Program-made: the position numbers and the translations under genes
In this document: positions 59,595 through 64,000 of the stretch, piece by piece
How positions within the stretch are numbered: the first letter of the stretch is position 1
Layout: the number at the start of each line of letters is the position of its first letter
The notes under the pieces: generated by a model
What the model saw: only the letters and a program-made list of their open reading frames with translations
Database searches by the model: none
Told to the model about the DNA's origin: nothing
Assembly (NCBI GenBank): GCA_002269645.1
Contig: NIVC01000366.1
Coordinates: 558,001-622,000, forward strand
DNA: 64,000 bases
Direction: 5' to 3'
Source: Macrostomum lignano
Lineage: Eukaryota

Positions 59595-60422
59595 ACATCC
59601 GGTTCCGAAACAGTTACATCCAGTTCCGAAACAGTCACATCCGGTTCCGAAACAGTCACATCCAGTTCCGAAACAGTCACATCCGGTTCCGAAACAGTCA
59701 CATCCGGTTCCGAAACAGTCACATCCGGTTCCGAAACAGTCACATCCAGTTCCGAAACAGTCACATCCGGTTCTGAGACAGGCAAATCCGGTTCCGAAAA
59801 AATCACATCCGGTTCCGAGACAGGCAAATCCGGTTCCGAAAAAATCACATCCGGTTTCGAGACAGGCAAATCCGGTTCCTAAACAGTCACATCCGGTTCT
59901 GAGACAGGCAAATCGGGTTCCGAAACAGTCACATCCGGTTCTGAAACAGGCAAATCCGGTTCCGAAACAGTCACATCCGGTTCCGAAACAGTCACATCCG
60001 GTTCCGAAACAGTCACATCCAGTTCCGAAACAGTCACATCCTGTTCCAAAACAGTCACATCCGGTTCCGAAACAGTCACATCCGGTTCCGAGACAGGTAA
60101 ATCCGGTTTAGAAACAGTCACATCCAGTTCCGAAACAGTCCCATCCGGTTCCGAAACAGTCCCATCCAGTTCCGAAACAGTCACATCCGGTTCCGAAACA
60201 GTCACATCCAGTTCCGAAACAGTCCCATCCGGTTCCGAAACAGTCACATCCGGTTCCGAGACAGGTAAATCCGGTTCCGAAACAGTCACATCCGGTTCCG
60301 AAACAGTCACATCCAGTTCCGAAACAGTCCCATCCGGTTCCGAAACAGTCACATCCGGTTCCGAGACAGGTAAATCCGGTTCCGAAACAGTCACATCCGG
60401 TTCCGAGACAGGCACATCCGGT
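59595..60422. repeat. 21-bp minisatellite (CATCCGGTTCCGAAACAGTCA)
   Basis: Visible. Confidence 0.95.
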
Positions 60423-60529
60423 TCTGCAGTCTAATTAGCTTAAAAACCTTGGAACGTCAGCTTAGAAGCGGAGCGATTCCCAAGATTAATTGGCTACTGA
60501 ATGCAAGCTGCAGACTCTGCAAACTTCAC

Positions 60530-60778
60530 CTGCAGCTTATCCTGACTAAATGGGCGCCTTCACTCCGAACAATTAGCAGAAGTTCACTTTTCAAACCACC
60601 CCCATCCCAATTTGCAGCCAAAAATATTTCCCTGCTTTTCTTAGACTCGACTTCGCTGTTTGGTGAAAACGCGTTCCAGAAATTAGCCAGCAGAAATTCT
60701 TCAACAAGCTGCACTTTGCGTGCCTCTGTTAAGGTGTTAAACTGCAGTCGTTCTGTTTCAATTCTTTTTGACACGCGC
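60530..60778 (-). CDS. Candidate internal exon (83 codons, phase 2-2) of an unidentified gene
   Basis: Acceptor CTGTTCCTCAAAG|G, donor GCAG|GTGAAG; stop-free complex peptide RVSKRIETERLQFNTL...FLAANWDGGGLKSELLLIVRSEGAHLVRISC. Confidence 0.45.
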
Positions 60779-61174
60779 CTTTGAGGAACAGACCACCCTT
60801 GGGGGGGGAGAAGTTTTATGGGGCGCTGACTTTTTATTGTCGCCTCGCCAATTTCTTTTGAAGTTTACCGTTCTGTGCAGTTTAATAATAATAATAATAA
60901 ATAATTTTAATAAAATAGTTAAGCGCGGCAGTCAACCCTGGCTCTTCAACCCAGCGGGTGGTTTAAAAGGCTGTTCTAATAGCTCTCTCCCTTGTTTTAT
61001 ATACCACAGTTCAATATAAACCATGGACTGCTAATTGGCTATATCGCCTTTGGAATGGTCGTCATTTTAGCGCCTGTATAATATAGGAGAGTCGCAATAA
61101 ATTCTGACACCTTTATTATTCCCCAGTCTGGCGTGTAAACTTCATTTGTACGAAAAACTCTGCCACATCTATCA

Positions 61175-62758
61175 AAAGCCGGACCAACTCAAGAAGAATC
61201 CTGACCTATGCTCACAGAAAAGCCTGACCAACTCAAGAAGAATCCTGACCTATGCTCACAGAAAAGCCGGACCAACTCAAGAAGAATATCCTGACCTATG
61301 CTCACAGAAAAGCCTGACCAACTCAAGAAGAATCCTGACCTATGCTCACAGAAAAGCCTGACCAACTCAAGAAGAATCCTGACCTATGCTCACAGAAAAG
61401 CCGGACCAACTCAAGAAGAATATCCTGACCTATGCTCACAGAAAAGCCTGACTAACTCAAGAAGAATCCTGACCTATGCTCACAGAAAAGCCGGACCAAC
61501 TCAAGAAGAATATCCTGACCAATGCTCACAGAAAAGCCTGACTAACTCAAGAAGAATCCTGACCTATGCTCACAGAAAAGCCGGACCAACTCAAGAAGAA
61601 TATCCTGACCTATGCTCACAGAAAAGCCTGACCAACTCAAGAAGAATCCTGACCTATGCTCACAGAAAAGCCGGACCAACTCAAGAAGAATCCTGACCAA
61701 TGCTCACAGAAAAGCCTGACTAACTCAAGAAGAATCCTGACCTATGCTCACAGAAAAGCCGGACCAACTCAAGAAGAATATCCTGACCTATGCTCACAGA
61801 AAAGCCGGACCAACTCAAGAAGAATCCTGACCTATGCTCACAGAAAAGCCGGACCAACTCAAGAAGAATATCCTGACCAATGCTCACAGAAAAGCCTGAC
61901 TAACTCAAGAAGAATCCTGACCTATGCTCACAGAAAAGCCGGACCAACTCAAGAAGAATATCCTGACCAATGCTCACAGAAAAGCCTGACCAACTCAAGA
62001 AGAATCCTGACCTATGCTCACAGAAAAGCCGGACCAACTCAAGAAGAATCCTGACCTATGCTCACAGAAAAGCCGGACCAACTCAAGAAGAATATCCTGA
62101 CCAATGCTCACAGAAAAGCCTGACTAACTCAAGAAGAATCCTGACCTATGCTCACAGAAAAGCCGGACCAACTCAAGAAGAATATCCTGACCAATGCTCA
62201 CAGAAAAGCCTGACTAACTCAAGAAGAATCCTGACCTATGCTCACAGAAAAGCCGGACCAACTCAAGAAGAATATCCTGACCTATGCTCACAGAAAAGCC
62301 TGACCAACTCAAGAAGAATATCCTGACCTATGCTCACAGAAAAGCCTGACCAACTCAAGAAGAATCCTGACCTATGCTCACAGAAAAGCCTGACCAACTC
62401 AAGAAGAATATCCTGACCTATGCTCACAGAAAAGCCTGACCAACTCAAGAAGAATATCCTGACCTATGCTCACAGAAAAGCCTGACCAACTCAAGAAGAA
62501 TCCTGACCTATGCTCACAGAAAAGCCTGACCAACTCAAGAAGAATCCTGACCTATGCTCACAGAAAAGCCTGACCAACTCAAGAAGAATATTCTGACCTA
62601 TGCTCACAGAAAAGCCTGACCAACTCAAGAAGAATATCCTGACCTATGCTCACAGAAAAGCCTGACCAACTCAAGAAGAATATCCTGACCTATGCTCACA
62701 GAAAAGCCTGACCAACTCAAGAAGAATATCCTGACCTATGCTCACAGAAAAGCCTGAC
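61175..62758. repeat. 44/46-bp minisatellite, about 35 copies
   Basis: CCTGACCTATGCTCACAGAAAAGCCGGACCAACTCAAGAAGAAT(AT) units. Confidence 0.96.
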
Positions 62759-63529
62759 AAAATTTACAAGAAGACCTGCTGAAAAAATCTATGAGACACC
62801 TGACAATGCTGGAAACCATAGCAACTACGAGGCCGTATATTACCGAACAAAGAGATGATCAAATCAGATCGCACATCAAATGTAACAGCCTGAACCTCAT
62901 CTGTCCAATATTCAATAGACAGTCCCAAACAAGCAGGTGACAACTGCTTTTCCGCATCTCTCCCTCAGCCTCGGCTGCAACTTCCTTCAAGTCGTCTCAT
63001 CTGAAGATGCTGGGAGCGTCTGCAGCAAAAAATGCGAAAGACAGAAAAAATGCGATGAGGAAAACAGGCAGAAAAAACTGTCTATCTGTGCTTAGCAGCC
63101 GGGCTCAGCCAAGCAGCCCCCCGTCCAGGTAGAAAGCAACCTTTTTGCTAATTAATGCCCCAAGGGAAGATATTAGAAACCCTGTATAAAGCCTCCCTGT
63201 TAGTTTGCAGTTTGTGAAAAGAAATTCAAAAGACTAGAAAAAACTGCAAACTGCGCGGAGAGATGCGGCGGGGCAGTTGCTACCGGGATGTCAGCGGTAT
63301 AGTGTCTATTGGTGCAGTAAATCCCAGGTAGGAATTCGCTGCTTGCGTCCATGGGGCGTCCGTCTTTCTATGTTCGGCGCGAGTCTTGGAACAAGCAAGC
63401 AGTTTTGGGGTCATTGCGCGTCAGTTGTCACATCGAATGTCGCATTGAATTAACCTTTTTGGTAGATTCGTTTCCTAGTCTATATTTGGCCTATTTACAT
63501 GTGTGCGTGTGTCAGGATATTGGTAGACT

Positions 63530-64000
63530 GAAGTGAATGTGAACACAGTGAGGTGTATGTGAACACAGTGAGGTGTATGTGAACACACTGAGGTGAATGT
63601 GAACACACTGAGGTGAATGTGAACACACTGAGGTGTATGTGAACACACTGAGGTGAATGTGAACACACTAAGGTGAATGTGAACATACTGAGGTGAATGT
63701 CAACACACTAAGGTGAATGTGAACACACTGAGGTGAATGTGAACACACTAAGGTGAATGTGAACATACTGAGGTGAATGTGAACACACTAAGGTGAATGT
63801 GAACATACTGAGGTGAATGTGAACACACTAAGGTGAATGTGAACACAGTGAGGTAAATGTGAACAGATTGAGGTGAATTTGAACAGATTGAGGTGTTATT
63901 TGAACTGATTGAGGTGTATGTGAACAAACTGAGGTGAATGTGAACACACTGAGGTAAATGTGAACAGATTGAGGTGAATGTGAACAGATTGAGGTGTTAT
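63530..64000. repeat. 20-bp minisatellite (TGAGGTGAATGTGAACACAC), running off the window end
   Basis: Visible. Confidence 0.95.

Noticed and set aside
61175-62758. CRISPR-like regular array
   Set aside because: No unique spacers, no cas genes and a eukaryotic context; it is a plain 44/46-bp satellite.

Overview
This is eukaryotic (metazoan) genomic DNA, not prokaryotic. GC-rich exons are separated by AT-rich, repeat-filled introns, a texture that resembles a free-living flatworm such as Macrostomum (inference only). Supported host genes are: a LITAF/CDIP1-family gene (-, 3230-4350); a 5-exon GTF3C2/TFIIIC-beta-like WD40 gene with a long AT-hook/STPSNVEK C-terminal extension (+, 31439-39320); a filamin-repeat-only gene (+, about 41476-50007); a secreted PAN-like plus LamG/ConA-like protein gene (+, 22042-23148); and a probable beta-propeller gene (-, 16072-17508). 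Two further unidentified minus-strand gene candidates lie at 51775-53900 and around 60530-60778. Mobile DNA includes a hAT (TTF zinc finger/DUF4371-type) transposase interrupted by a 2.55-kb CCC...GGG element with a 2-bp TSD, a 2.17-kb non-autonomous hAT with an 8-bp TSD, a near-intact mariner, RTE-like LINE remnants, tRNA-derived SINEs, a foldback element and a 132-bp MITE. More than 25 distinct micro- and minisatellite arrays account for most of the long ORFs in the track. Several genes carry single-base frameshifts in G/C runs that look like long-read errors. There are no rRNA genes, no bona fide tRNA genes and no CRISPR arrays. I found no clearly new biological system; the best leads are listed as findings with their uncertainty.
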